Assembly: GCA_964016885.1 (NCBI GenBank)
Contig: OZ024756.1
Span: 43,152,001-43,216,000 of the forward strand
Origin: Eledone cirrhosa
Taxonomy: Eukaryota
Direction of reading: 5' to 3'
Length of the DNA stretch: 64,000 nt
Position numbers and translations under genes: made by a program. A model generated the notes under the pieces. That model saw only the letters and a program-made list of their open reading frames with translations, ran no database searches and was not told the DNA's origin. Below are positions 31,100 through 48,981 of this stretch, in pieces (the first letter of the stretch is position 1; every line of letters starts with the position of its first letter).

Positions 31100-34000
31100 G
31101 ACACACACTAGAGAGAGACATTGGACACGCACTAGAGACATACATTGGACACACACACTAGAGACAGACATTAGACACACACTAGAGACAGACACTGGAC
31201 ACACACTAGAGACAGACATTAGACACACACACTAGAGAGAGACATTAGACACACACACTACAGAGAGATATTGGACACACTCCAGAGACAGACATTGGAC
31301 ACACACTAGAGAGAGACATTGGACACGCACTAGAGACAGACATTGGACACACACACTACAGACAGACATTAGACACACACTAGAGACAGACATTGGACAC
31401 ACACTAGAGACAGACATTGGAGACACACACTACAGACAGACATTGGACACACACTAGAGACGGACATAGGACACACACTAGAGACATACATAGGACACAC
31501 ACTAGAGACAGACATGGGGCACACACTACAGACAGACTTTGGACACACACACACTAGAGACAGACATTAGACACACACTAGAAACAGACATTGGACACAC
31601 ACTAGAAACAGACATTGGACACACACTAGAGACAGACATTGGACACACACTTGAGACAGACATTAGACACACACTAGAAACAGACATTGTACACACACTA
31701 GAGAGAGACATTGGACATACTAGAGACAGACATTGGACACACACTAGAGACAGACATGGGACACACACACTAGAGAGAGACATTGGACACACACTAGAGA
31801 CAGACATTGGACACACACTAGAGACAGACATTCGACACACACTAGAGACAGACATTGGACACACACTAGAGACAGACATTGGACACACACTAGAGACAGA
31901 CATTGGACACACACTAGAAACAGACATTGGACACACACTAGAGACAGACATTGGACACACACTAGAGACTGACATTGGACACACACAAGAGACAGACATT
32001 GGACACACACTAGAGACAGGCATTGGACACACACTAGAGACAGACATTGGACACACACTAGAGACAGACATTGTACACACACTAGAGAGACACATTGGAC
32101 ACACACTGGAGACAGACATTGGATACACACTAGAGACAGACATTAGATACACATTAGAGACAGACATTGGACACACACACTAGAGACAGACATTGGACAC
32201 ACACTAGAGACAGACATTGGACACACACAGAGACAGACATGGGACACACACACTAGAGACAGACATTGGACACACACTGGAGACAGACATTGGACACACA
32301 CTAGAAACAGACATTGGACACACATTAGAGACAGACATTGGACAGACACACTAGAGACAGATATTGGACACACATTAGAGACAGACATTGGACAGACACA
32401 CTAGAGACAGACATTGGACACACACTAGAAACAGACATTGGACACACACTAGAGACAGACATTGGTCACACACACGAGAGACAGACATTAGACACACACT
32501 AGTAACAGACATTGGACACACACTAGAGACAGACATTGGAGACACACTAGAGACAGATATTGGAGATACACACTAGAGACAGACATTGGACACACAGTAG
32601 AGACAGACATTGGACAGACATTAGAGACAGACATTGGACACACACTAGAGACAGACATTGGACACACACTAGAGACAGACATTGGACACACACTAGAAAC
32701 AGACATTGGACACACACTAGAGACAGACATTGGACACACACTAGAGACAGACATTGGGCACACACTAGAGACAGACATTGGACACACACTAGAGACAGAC
32801 ATTAGACACACACTAGAGACAGACATTGGACACACACTAGAAACAGACATTGGACACACACTAGTGACAGACATTGGTCACACACTAGAGACTGACATTG
32901 GACACACACAAGAGACAGGCATTGGACACACACTAGAGACAGACATTGGAGACACACTAGAGACAGACATTGGAGACACACTAGAGACAGACATTGGACA
33001 CACACTAGAGACAGACATTGGACACACACTAGAAACAGACATTGGACACACACTAGTGACAGACATTGGTCACACACTAGAGACTGACATTGGACACACA
33101 CAAGAGACAGGCATTGGACACACACTAGAGACAGACATTGGAGACACACTAGAGACAGACATTGGAGACACATTAGAGACAGACATTGGACACACACTAG
33201 AGACAGACATTGGACACACACTAGACACAGACATTGGACACACATTAGAGACAGACATTGGACACACACTAGAGACAGACATTGGGCACACACTAGAGAC
33301 AGACATTAGACACACACCAAAGACAGACATTGGACACACACTAGAGACAGACATTGGACACACTAGAGAGAGACATTGGACACGCACTAGAGACAGACAT
33401 TGGACACACACACTAGAGACAGACATTAGACACACACTAGAGACAGACACTGGACACACACTAGAGACAGACATTAGACACACACACTAGAGAGAGACAT
33501 TAGACACACAAACTACAGAGAGATATTGGACACACTCCAGAGACAGACATTGGACACACACTAGAGAGAGACATTGGACACGCACTAGAGACAGACATTG
33601 GACACACACACTACAGACAGACATTAGACACACACTAGAGACAGACATTGGACACACACTAGAGACAGACATTGGAGACACACACTACAGACAGACATTG
33701 GACACACACTAGAGACGGACATAGGACACACACTAGAGACATACATAGGACACACACTAGAGACAGACATGGGGCACACACTACAGACAGACTTTGGACA
33801 CACACACACTAGAGACAGACATTAGACACACACTAGAAACAGACATTGGACACACACTAGAAACAGACATTGGACACACACTAGAGACAGACATTGGACA
33901 CACACTTGAGACAGACATTAGACACACACTAGAAACAGACATTGTACACACACTAGAGAGAGACATTGGACATACTAGAGACAGACATTGGACACACACT

Positions 34001-37000
34001 AGAGACAGACATGGGACACACACACTAGAGAGAGACATTGGACACACACTAGAGACAGACATTGGACACACACTAGAGACAGAGATTGGACACACACTAG
34101 AGACAGACATTGGACACACACTAGAGACAGACATTGGACACACACTAGAGACAGACATTGGACACACACTAGAAACAGACATTGGACACACACTAGAGAC
34201 AGACATTGGACACACACTAGAGACTGTCATTGGACACACACAAGAGACAGACATTGGACACACACTAGAGACAGGCATTGGACACACACTAGAGACAGAC
34301 ATTGGACACACACTCGAGACAGACATTGTACACACACTAGAGAGACACATTGGACACACACTGGAGACAGACATTGGACACACACTAGAGACAGACATTA
34401 GATACACATTAGAGACAGACATTGGACACACACACTAGAGACAGACATTGGACACACACTAGAGACAGACATTGGACACACACAGAGACAGACATGGGAC
34501 ACACACACACTAGAGACAGACATTGGACACACACTGGAGACAGACATTGGACACACACTAGAAACAGACATTGGACACACATTAGAGACAGACATTGGAC
34601 AGACACACTAGAGACAGACATTGGACACACATTAGAGACAGACATTGGACAGACACACTAGAGACAGACATTGGACACACACTAGAAACAGACATTGGAC
34701 ACACACTAGAGACAGACATTGGTCACACACACGAGAGACAGACATTAGACACACACTAGTAACAGACATTGGACACACACTAGAGACAGACATTGGAGAC
34801 ACACTAGAGACAGTTATTGGAGACACACACTAGAGACAGACATTGGACACACAGTAGAGACAGACATTGGACAGACATTAGAGACAGACATTGGACACAC
34901 ACTAGAGACAGACATTGGACACACACTAGAGACAGACATTGGACACACACTAGAGACAGATATTGGACACACACTAGAGACAGACATTGGACACACACTA
35001 GAGACAGACATTGGACACACACTAGAGACAGACATTGGACACACACTAGAGACAGACATTAGACACACACTAGAGACAGACATTGGACACACACTAGTGA
35101 CAGACATTGGTCACACACTAGAGACTGACATTGGACACACACAAGAGACAGGCATTGGACACACACTAGAGACAGACATTGGAGACACACTAGAGACAGA
35201 CATTGGAGACACACTAGAGACAGACATTGGACACACACTAGAGACAGACATTGGACACACACTAGACACAGACATTGGACACACACACTAGTGACAGATA
35301 TTGGACACACACTAGAGACAGACATTGGACACACACTAGAGACAGACAATGGATAGATACTAGAGAGAGACATTCGACCCACACACAAGAGACAGACATT
35401 GGACACACGTTAGAGACAGACATTGGACACAGACTAGAGACAGACATTGGGCACACACTAGAGACAGACATTAGACACACACTAGAGACAGACATTGGAC
35501 ACACACTAGAGAGAGACATTGGACACGCACTAGAGACAGACATTGGACACACACACTAGAGACAGACATTAGACACACACTAGAGACAGACATTGGACAC
35601 ACACTAGAGACAGACATTGGACACACACACTAGAGAGAGAAATTAGACACAGACACTACAGAGAGATATTGGACACACTCCAGAGACAGACATTGGACAC
35701 ACACTAGAGAGAAACATTGGAGACGCACTAGAGACAGACATTGGACAAACACACTAGAGACAGACATTAGACACACACTAGAGACAGACATTGGTCACAC
35801 ACTAGAGACAGAAATTGGAGACACACACTAGAGACAGACATTGGACACACACTAGAGACGGACATAGGACACACCCTAGAGACAGACATAGGACACACAC
35901 TAGAGACAGACATGGGACACACACTAGAGACAGACTTTGGACACACACACTAGAGACACACATTAGACACACACTTGAGACAGATATTGGACACACACTA
36001 GAGACAGACATTGGACACACACACGAGAGACAGACATTAGACACACACTAGTGACAGACATTGGACACACACTAGAGACAGACATTGGAGACACACTAGA
36101 GACAGATATTGGAGACACACACTAGAGACAGACATTGGACACACAGTAGAGACAGACATTGGACACACATTGGAGACAGACATTGGACACACACTAGAGA
36201 CAGACATTGGACACACACTAGAGACAGACATTGGACACACACTAGAGACAGACATTGGACACAAACTAGAGACAGACATTGGACACACACTAGAGACAGA
36301 CATTGGACACACACTAGAGACAGACATTGGACACACACTAGAGACAGACATTAGACACACACTAGAGACAGACATTGGACACACACTAGAAACAGACATT
36401 GGACACACACTAGTGACAGACACTGTTCACACACTAGAGACTGACATTGGACACACACAAGAGACAGGCATTGGACACACACTAGAGACAGACATTGGAG
36501 ACACACTAGAGACAGACATTGGAGACACACTAGAGACAGACATTGGACACACACTAGAGACAGACATTGGACACACACTAGAAACAGACATTGTCCACAC
36601 ACTAGTGACAGACATTGGTCACACACTAGAGACTGACATTGGACACACACAAGAGACAGGCATTGGACACACACTAGAGACAGACATTGGAGAAACACTA
36701 GAGACAGACATTGGAGACACACTAGAGACAGACATTGGACACACACTAGAGACAGACATTGGACACACACTAGAGACAGACATTGGGCACACACTAGAGA
36801 CAGACATTGGACACACACTAGAGAGAGACATTGGACACGCACTAGAGACAGACATTGGACACACACACTAGAGACAGACATTAGACACACACTAGAGACA
36901 GACACTGGACACACACTAGAGACAGACATTAGACACACACACTAGAGAGAGACATTAGACACACACACTACAGAGAGATATTGGACACACTCCAGAGACA

Positions 37001-40000
37001 GACATTGGACACACACTAGGGAGAGACATTGGACACGCACTAGAGACAGACATTGGACACACACACTACAGACAGACATTAGACACACACTAGAGACAGA
37101 CATTGGACACACACTAGAGACAGACATTGGAGACACACACTACAGACAGACATTGGACACACACTAGAGACGGACATAGGACACACACTAGAGACATACA
37201 TAGGACACACACTAGAGACAGACATGGGGCACACACTACAGACAGACTTTGGACACACACACACTAGAGACAGACATTAGACACACACTAGAAACAGACA
37301 TTGGACACACACTAGAAACAGACATTGGACACACACTAGAGACAGACATTGGCCACACACTTGAGACAGACATTAGACACACACTAGAAACAGACATTGT
37401 ACACACACTAGAGAGAGACATTGGACATACTAGAGACAGACATTGGACACACACTAGAGACAGACATGGGACACACACACTAGAGAGAGACATTGGACAC
37501 ACACTAGAGACAGACATTGGACAGACACTAGAGACAGACATTGGACACACACTAGAGAGAGACATTGGACACACACACTAGATAGAGACATTAGACACAC
37601 ACACTAGAGAGAGATATTGGACCCACACCAGAGACAGACATTGGACACACACTAGAGAGAGACATTGGACACGCACTAGAGACAGACATTAAACACATAC
37701 TAGAAACAGACATTGGACACACACTAGAGACAGACATTGGACACACACTATAGACAGACATTGGACACACACTAGAGAGAGACAATGGACACGCACTAGA
37801 GACAGACATTGGACACACACACTAGAGACAGACATTAGACACACACTAGAGACAGACATTGGACACACACTAGAGACAGACATTGGACACACACACTAGA
37901 GAGAGAAATTAGACACACACACTACAGAGAGATATTGGACACACTCCAGAGACAGACATTGGACACACACTAGAGAGAAACATTGGAGACGCACTAGAGA
38001 CAGACATTGGACAAACACACTAGAGACAGACATTAGACACACACTAGAGACAGACATTGGACACACACTAGAGACAGAAATTGGAGACACACACTAGAGA
38101 CAGACATTGGACACACACTAGAGACGGACATAGGACACACACTAGAGACAGACATAGGACACACACTAGAGACAGACATGGGACACACACTAGAGACAGA
38201 CTTTGGACACACACACTAGAGACACACATTAGACACACACTTGAGACAGATATTGGACACACACTAGAGACAGACATTGGACACACACACGAGAGACAGA
38301 CATTAGACACACACTAGTGACAGACATTGGACACACACTAGAGACAGACATTGGAGACACACTAGAGACAGATATTGGAGACACACACTAGAGACAGACA
38401 TTGGACACACAGTAGAGACAGACATTGGACACACATTAGAGACAGACATTGGACACACACTAGAGACAGACATTGGACACACACTAGAGACAGACATTGG
38501 ACACACACTAGAGACAGACATTGGACACAAACTAGAGACAGACATTGGACACACACTAGAGACAGACATTGGACACACACTAGAGACAGACATTGGACAC
38601 ACACTAGAGACAGACATTGGACACACACTAGAGACAGACATTGGATACACACTAGAAACAGACATTGGACACACACTAGTGACAGACATTGGTCACACAC
38701 TAGAGACTGACATTGGACACACACAAGAGACAGACATTGGACACACACTAGAGACAGACATTGGAGACACACTAGAGACAGACATTGGAGACACACTAGA
38801 GACAGACATTGGACACACACTAGAGACAGACATTGGACACACACTAGAAACAGACATTGGACACACACTAGTGACAGACATTGGTCACACACTAGAGACT
38901 GACATTGGACACACACAAGAGACAGGCATTGGACACACACTAGAGACAGACATTGGAGACATACTAGAGACAGACATTGGAGACACACTAGAGACAGACA
39001 TTGGACACACACTAGAGACAGTCATTGGACACACACTAGACACAGACATTGGACACACATTAGAGACAGACATTGGACACACACTAGAGACAGACATTGG
39101 GCACACACTAGAGACAGACATTAGACACACACTAGAGACAGACATTGGACACACACTAGAGACAGACATTGGACACACACTAGAGAGAGACATTGGACAC
39201 GCACTAGAGACAGACATTGGACACACACACTAGAGACAGACATTAGACACACACTAGAGACAGACACTGGACACACACTAGAGACAGAAATTAGACACAC
39301 ACACTAGAGAGAGACATTAGACACACACACTACAGAGAGATATTGGACACACTCCAGAGACAGACATTGGACACACACTAGAGAGAGACATTGGACACGC
39401 ACTAGAGACAGACATTGGACACACACACTACAGACAGACATTAGACACACACTAGAGACAGACATTGGACACACACTAGAGACAGACATTGGAGACAGAC
39501 ACTACAGACGGACATAGGACACACACTAGAGACATACATAGGACACACACTAGAGACAGACATGGGGCACACACTACAGACATACTTTGGACACACACAC
39601 ACTAGAGACAGACATTAGACACACACTAGAAACAGACATTGGACACACACTAGAAACAGACATTGGACGCTCACTAGAGACAGACATTGGACACACACTT
39701 GAGACAGACATTAGACACACACTAGAAACAGACATTGTACACACACTAGAGAGAGACATTGGACATACTAGAGACAGACATTGGACACACACTAGAGACA
39801 GACATGGGACACACACACTAGAGAGAGACATTGGACACACACTAGATCAGACATTGGACACACACTAGAGACAGACATTGGACACACACTAGAGACAGAC
39901 ATTGGACACACACTAGAGACAGACATTGGACACACACTAGAGATAGACATTGGACACACACTAGAAACAGACATTGGACACACACTAGAGACAGACATTG

Positions 40001-42600
40001 GACACACACTAGAGACTGACATTGGACACACACAAGAGACAGACATTGGACACACACTAGAGACAGGCATTGGACACACACTAGAGACAGACATTGGACA
40101 CACACTAGAGACAGACATTGTACACACACTAGAGAGACACATTGGACACACACTGGAGACAGACATTGGACACACACTAGAGACAGACATTAGATACACA
40201 TTAGAGACAGACATTGGACACACACACTAGAGACAGACATTGGACACACACTAGAGACAGACATTGGACACACACAGAGACAGACATGGGACACACACAC
40301 TAGAGACAGACATTGGACACACACTGGAGACAGACATTGGACACACACTAGAAACAGACATTGGACACACATTAGAGACAGACATTGGACAGACACACTA
40401 GAGACAGACATTGGACACACATTAGAGACAGACATTGGACAGACACACTAGAGACAGACATTGGACACACACTAGAAACAGACATTGGACACACACTAGA
40501 GACAGACATTGGTCACACACACGAGAGACAGACATTAGACACACACTAGTAACAGACATTGGACACACACTAGAGACAGACATTCGAGACACACTAGAGA
40601 CAGATATTGGAGACACACACTAGAGACAGACATTGGACACACAGTAGAGACAGACATTGGACAGACATTAGAGACAGACATTGGACACACACTAGAGAGA
40701 GACATTGGACACACACTAGAGACAGACATTGGACACACACTAGGAACAGACATTGGACACACACTAGAGACAGACATTGGACACACACTAGAGACAGACA
40801 TTGGACACACACTAGAGACAGACATTGGACACACACTAGAGACAGACATTAGACACACACTAGAGACAGACATTGGACACACACTAGAAACAGACATTGG
40901 ACACACACTAGTGACAGACATTGGTCACACACTAGAGACTGACATTGGACACACACAAGAGACAGGCATTGGACACACACTAGAGACAGACATTGGAGAC
41001 ACACTAGAGACAGACATTGGAGACACACTAGAGACAGACATTGGACACACACTAGAGACAGACATTGGACACACACTAGACACAGACATTGGACACACAC
41101 ACTAGTGACAGACATTGGACACACACTAGTGACAGACATTGGACACACACTAGAGACAGACATTGGACAGACACCAGAGACAGACATTGGACACACACTA
41201 GAGAGAGACATTGGACACGCACTAGAGACAGACATTAAACACATACTAGAAACAGACATTGGACACACACTAGAGACAGACATTGGACACACACTATAGA
41301 CAGACATTGGACACACGCTAGTGACAGACATTGGACACACACACTAGAGACAGACATTGGACACACACTTGAGACAGATATTGGACACACACTAGAGACA
41401 GACATTGGACACACACTAGAGACAGACAATGGATAGATACTAGAGAGAGACATTCGACCCACACACAAGAGACAGACATTGGACACACGTTAGAGACAGA
41501 CATTGGACACAGACTAGAGACAGACATTGGGCACACACTAGAGACAGACATTAGACACACACTAGAGACAGACATTGGACACACACTAGAGAGGGACATT
41601 GGACACGCACTAGAGACAGACATTGGACACACACACTAGAGACAGACATTAGACACACACTAGAGACAGACATTGGACACACACTAGAGACAGACATTGG
41701 ACACACACACTAGAGAGAGAAATTAGACACACACACTACAGAGAGATATTGGACACACTCCAGAGACAGACATTGGACACACACTAGAGAGAAACATTGG
41801 AGACGCACTAGAGACAGACATTGGACAAACACACTAGAGACAGACATTAGACACACACTAGAGACAGACATTGGACACACACTAAAGACAGAAATTGGAG
41901 ACACACACTAGAGACAGACATTGGACACACACTAGAGACGGACATAGGACACACACTAGAGACAGACATAGGACACACACTAGAGACAGACATGGGACAC
42001 ACACTAGAGACAGACTTTGGACACACACACTAGAGACACACATTAGACACACACTTGAGACAGATATTGGACACACACTAGAGACAGACATTGGACACAC
42101 ACACGAGAGACAGACATTAGACACACACTAGTGACAGACATTGGACACACACTAGAGACAGACATTGGAGACACACTAGAGACAGATATTGGAGACACAC
42201 ACTAGAGACAGACATTGGACACACAGTAGAGACAGACATTGGACACACATTAGAGACAGACATTGGACACACACTAGAGACAGACATTGGACACACACTA
42301 GAGACAGACATTTGACACACACTAGAAACAGACATTGGACACACACTAGAGACAGACATTGGACACACACTAGAGACAGACATTAGACACACACTAGAGA
42401 CAGACATTGGACACACACTAGAAACAGACATTGGACACACACTAGAGACAGACATTGGACACACACTAGAGACTGACATTGGACACACACAAGAGACAGG
42501 CATTGGACACACACTAGAGACAGACATTGGAGACACACTAGAGACAGACATTGGAGACACACTAGAGACAGACATTGGACACACACTAGAGACAGACATT
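31100..42600 (+). repeat. Mosaic of recurrent 1-2 kb blocks (offsets include 2255 and 2266 bp)
   Basis: Matching ORFs occur at 31232/33487/36942/39304, 31526/33781, 35802/38068/41882, 36037/38303/42117 and 32388/34645/40435. Confidence 0.85.
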
Positions 42601-43007
42601 GGACACACACTAAACACAGACATTGGACACACGCACTAGAGACAGACATTGGACACACACAAGAGACAGACATTGGACACACACTAGACACAGACATTGG
42701 ACACACACACTAGTGACAGACATTGGACACACACTAGTGACAGACATAGGACACACACTAGAGACAGACATTGGACAGACACTAGAGACAGACATTGGAC
42801 ACACACTAGAAACAGACATTGGACACACACTAGAGACAGACATTGGACAGACACTAGAGACAGACATTGGACACACACTAGAGAGAGACATTGGACACAC
42901 ACACTAGATAGAGACATTAGACACACACACTAGAGAGAGATATTGGACCCACACCAGAGACAGACATTGGACACACACTAGAGACAGACATTAAACACAT
43001 ACTAGAA

Positions 43008-46000
43008 ACAGACATTGGACACACACTAGAGACAGACATTGGACACACACTATAGACAGACATTGTACACACGCTAGTGACAGACATTGGACACACACAC
43101 TAGAGACAGACATTGGACACACACTAGAGACAGATATTGGACACACACTAGAGACAGACATTGGACACACACTAGAGACAGACAATGGACAGACACTAGA
43201 GAGAGACATTCGACCCACACACAAGAGACAGACATTGGACACAGATTAGAGACAGACATTGGACACAGACTAGAGACAGACATTGGGCACACACTAGAGA
43301 CAGACATTAGACACACACTAGAGACAGACATTGGACACACACTAGAGAGAGACATTGGACACGCACTATAGACAGACATTGGACACACACACTAGAGACA
43401 GACATTAGACACACACTAGAGACAGACATTGGACACACACTAGAGAGAGACATTGGACACGCACTATAGACAGACATTGGACACACACACTAGAGACAGA
43501 CATTAGACACACACTAGAGACAGACATTGGACACACACTAGAGACAGACATTGGACACACACACTAGAGACAGACATTGGACACACACTAGAGACAGACA
43601 TTGGAGACACACACTAGAGACAGACATTGGACACACACTAGAGACAGACATAGGACACACACTAGAGACAGACATGGGACACACACTAGAGACAGACTTT
43701 GGACACACACACTAGCGACAGACATTAGACACACACTAGAGACAGACATTGGACACACACTAGAGACAGACATTGGACACACACACTAGAGACAGACATT
43801 GGACACACACTAGAAACAGACATTGGACACACACTAGAGACAGACATTGGACACACACACTAGAGAAAGACATTGGACACACACGAGAGACACACATTAG
43901 ACACACACTAGAGACAGACATTGGAGACACACTAGAGACAGATATTGGAGACACACACTAGAGACAGACATTGGACACACACTAGAGACAGAAATTAGAT
44001 ACACATTAGAGACAGACATTGGACACACACACTAGAGACAGACATTGGACACACACTAGAGACAGACATTGGACACACACAGAGACAGACATGGGACACA
44101 CACACTAGAGAGAGACATTGGGGACACACTGGAGTCAGACATTGTACACACACTAGAGAGACACATTGGACACACACTAGAGACAGACATTGGAGACACA
44201 CTAGAGACAGACATTGGAGACACACTAGAGACAGACATTGGACACACACTAGAGACAGACATTGGACACACACTAGAGACTGACATTGGACACACACATT
44301 AGAGACAGGCATTGCACACACACTAGAGACAGACATTGGACACACACTAGAGACAGACATTGGACAGACACTATAGACAGACATTGGACACACACTAGAG
44401 ACAGACATTGGACACAAACACTAGAGACAGACATTGGACACACACTAGAGACAGACATTAGACACACACTAGAGACAGACATTAGACACACACTAGAGAC
44501 AGGCATTGGGCACACACTAGAGAGAGACATTGGACACACACTAGAGACAGACATTGTACACACACTGGAGAGAGACATTGGACACACACTAGAGACAGAC
44601 ATTGGACACACACTAGAGACAGGCATTGGATACACACTAGAGACAGACATTGGACACACACTAGAGACTGACATTGGACACACACTAGAGACAGACATTG
44701 TACACACATTAGAGATAGACATTGGACACACACTAGAGACAGATATTGGGAACACACTAGAGACAGACATTGGACACTCAATAGAGACAGACATTGGACA
44801 TACATACTAGAGACAGACATTGGAAACATACACTAGAGACAGACATTGGACACACACTATAGACAGACATTAGACACACGCTAGTGACAGACATTGGACA
44901 CACACACTAGAGACAGACATTGGACACACACTAGAGACAGATATTGGACACACACTAGAGACAGACATTGGACACACACTAGAGACAGACAATGGACAGA
45001 CACTAGAGAGAGACATTCGACCCACACACAAGAGACAGACATTGGACACACATTAGAGACAGACATTGGACACACACTAGAGACAGACATTGGGCACACA
45101 CTAGAGACAGACATTAGACACACACTAGAGACAGACATTGGACACACACACTAGAGACAGACATTGGACACACACTAGAGACAGACATTGGACACACACA
45201 GTAGAGAGAGACATTAGACACACACACTACAGAGATATATTGGACACACTTCAGAGACAGACATTGTACACACACTAGAGAAAGACATTGGACACACTAG
45301 AGACAGACATTGGACACACACTAGAGACAGACATTGGACACACAGTAGAGACAGACAATGGACACACACTAGAAACAGACATTGGACACACACTAGAGAC
45401 AGACATTGGACACACACTAGAGACAGACATTGGACACACACTAGAGACAGACATTGGACACACACTAGAGACAGACATTGGACACACACTAGAAACAGAC
45501 ATTGGACACACACTAGAGACAGACATTGGACACACACTAGAGACAGACATTGGACACACACTAGAGAGAGACATTGGACACACACACTAGATAGAGACAT
45601 TAGACACACACACTAGAGAGAGATATTGGACACACACCAGAGACAGACATTGGACACGCACTAGAGAGAGACATTGGACACGCACTAGAGACAGACATTA
45701 AACACATACTAGAAACAGACATTGGACACACACTAGAGACAGACATTGGACACACACTAGAGACAGACATTGGACACACACTAGAGACAGACATTGGACA
45801 CACACTAGAGACAGACATTAGACACACACTAGAGACAGACATTGGACACACACTAGAAACAGACATTGGACACACTAGAGACAGACATTGGTCTCACACT
45901 AGAGACAGACATTGGACACACACAGAGACAGACATGGGACACACACACTAGAGAGAGACATTGGACACACACTAGAGACAGACATTGGACACACACTAGA

Positions 46001-48981
46001 GACAGACATTGGACACACACTATAGACAGACATTGTACACACGCTAGTGACAGACATTGGACACACACACTAGAGACAGACATTGGACACACACTAGAGA
46101 CAGATATTGGACACACACTAGAGACAGACATTGGACACACACTAGAGACAGACAATGGACAGACACTAGAGAGAGACATTCGACCCACACACAAGAGACA
46201 GACATTGGACACAGATTAGAGACAGACATTGGACACAGACTAGAGACAGACATTGGGCACACACTAGAGACAGACATTAGACACACACTAGAGACAGACA
46301 TTGGACACACACTAGAGAGAGACATTGGACACGCACTATAGACAGACATTGGACACACACACTAGAGACAGACATTAGACACACACTAGAGACAGACATT
46401 GGACACACACTAGAGAGAGACATTGGACACGCACTATAGACAGACATTGGACACACACACTAGAGACAGACATTAGACACACACTAGAGACAGACATTGG
46501 ACACACACTAGAGACAGACATTGGACACACACACTAGAGACAGACATTGGACACACACTAGAGACAGACATTGGAGACACACACTAGAGACAGACATTGG
46601 ACACACACTAGAGACAGACATAGGACACACACTAGAGACAGACATGGGACACACACTAGAGACAGACTTTGGACACACACACTAGCGACAGACATTAGAC
46701 ACACACTAGAGACAGACATTGGACACACACTAGAGACAGACATTGGACACACACACTAGAGACAGACATTGGACACACACTAGAAACAGACATTGGACAC
46801 ACACTAGAGACAGACATTGGACACACACACTAGAGAAAGACATTGGACACACACGAGAGACACACATTAGACACACACTAGAGACAGACATTGGAGACAC
46901 ACTAGAGACAGATATTGGAGACACACACTAGAGACAGACATTGGACACACACTAGAGACAGAAATTAGATACACATTAGAGACAGACATTGGACACACAC
47001 ACTAGAGACAGACATTGGACACACACTAGAGACAGACATTGGACACACACAGAGACAGACATGGGACACACACACTAGAGAGAGACATTGGGGACACACT
47101 GGAGTCAGACATTGTACACACACTAGAGAGACACATTGGACACACACTAGAGACAGACATTGGAGACACACTAGAGACAGACATTGGAGACACACTAGAG
47201 ACAGACATTGGACACACACTAGAGACAGACATTGGACACACACTAGAGACTGACATTGGACACACACATTAGAGACAGGCATTGCACACACACTAGAGAC
47301 AGACATTGGACACACACTAGAGACAGACATTGGACAGACACTATAGACAGACATTGGACACACACTAGAGACAGACATTGGACACAAACACTAGAGACAG
47401 ACATTGGACACACACTAGAGACAGACATTAGACACACACTAGAGACAGACATTAGACACACACTAGAGACAGGCATTGGGCACACACTAGAGAGAGACAT
47501 TGGACACACACTAGAGACAGACATTGTACACACACTGGAGAGAGACATTGGACACACACTAGAGACAGACATTGGACACACACTAGAGACAGGCATTGGA
47601 TACACACTAGAGACAGACATTGGACACACACTAGAGACTGACATTGGACACACACTAGAGACAGACATTGTACACACACTAGAGATAGACATTGGACACA
47701 CACTAGAGACAGATATTGGGAACACACTAGAGACAGACATTGGACACTCAATAGAGACAGACATTGGACATACATACTAGAGACAGACATTGGAAACATA
47801 CACTAGAGACAGACATTGGACACACACTATAGACAGACATTAGACACACGCTAGTGACAGACATTGGACACACACACTAGAGACAGACATTGGACACACA
47901 CTAGAGACAGATATTGGACACACACTAGAGACAGACATTGGACACACACTAGAGACAGACAATGGACAGACACTAGAGAGAGACATTCGACCCACACACA
48001 AGAGACAGACATTGGACACACATTAGAGACAGACATTGGACACACACTAGAGACAGACATTGGGCACACACTAGAGACAGACATTAGACACACACTAGAG
48101 ACAGACATTGGACACACACACTAGAGACAGACATTGGACACACACTAGAGACAGACATTGGACACACACAGTAGAGAGAGACATTAGACACACACACTAC
48201 AGAGATATATTGGACACACTTCAGAGACAGACATTGTACACACACTAGAGAAAGACATTGGACACACTAGAGACAGACATTGGACACACACTAGAGACAG
48301 ACATTGGACACACAGTAGAGACAGACAATGGACACACACTAGAAACAGACATTGGACACACACTAGAGACAGACATTGGACACACACTAGAGACAGACAT
48401 TGGACACACACTAGAGACAGACATTGGACACACACTAGAGACAGACATTGGACACACACTAGAAACAGACATTGGACACACACTAGAGACAGACATTGGA
48501 CACACACTAGAGACAGACATTGGACACACACTAGAGAGAGACATTGGACACACACACTAGATAGAGACATTAGACACACACACTAGAGAGAGATATTGGA
48601 CACACACCAGAGACAGACATTGGACACGCACTAGAGAGAGACATTGGACACGCACTAGAGACAGACATTAAACACATACTAGAAACAGACATTGGACACA
48701 CACTAGAGACAGACATTGGACACACACTAGAGACAGACATTGGACACACACTAGAGACAGACATTGGACACACACTAGAGACAGACATTAGACACACACT
48801 AGAGACAGACATTGGACACACACTAGAAACAGACATTGGACACACTAGAGACAGACATTGGACTCACACTAGAGACAGACATTGGACACACACAGAGACA
48901 GACATGGGACACACACACTAGAGAGAGACATTGGACACACACTAGAGACAGACATTGGACACACACTAGAGACAGACATTG
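43008..48981 (+). repeat. Near-perfect tandem duplication, period 2970 bp
   Basis: ORF pairs 43074/46044, 43588/46558, 43995/46965, 44273/47243, 44881/47851, 45214/48184 and 45600/48570 are all offset by 2970. I noticed only two differences (44709 T vs 47679 C; 45892 T vs 48862 A). Confidence 0.93.

Noticed and set aside
34313-39850. Isolated sites CTCGAG (34313) and GATC (39846) as possible insertion or cloning scars
   Set aside because: Each is explained by a one- or two-base change in a normal monomer, with no foreign sequence beside it.
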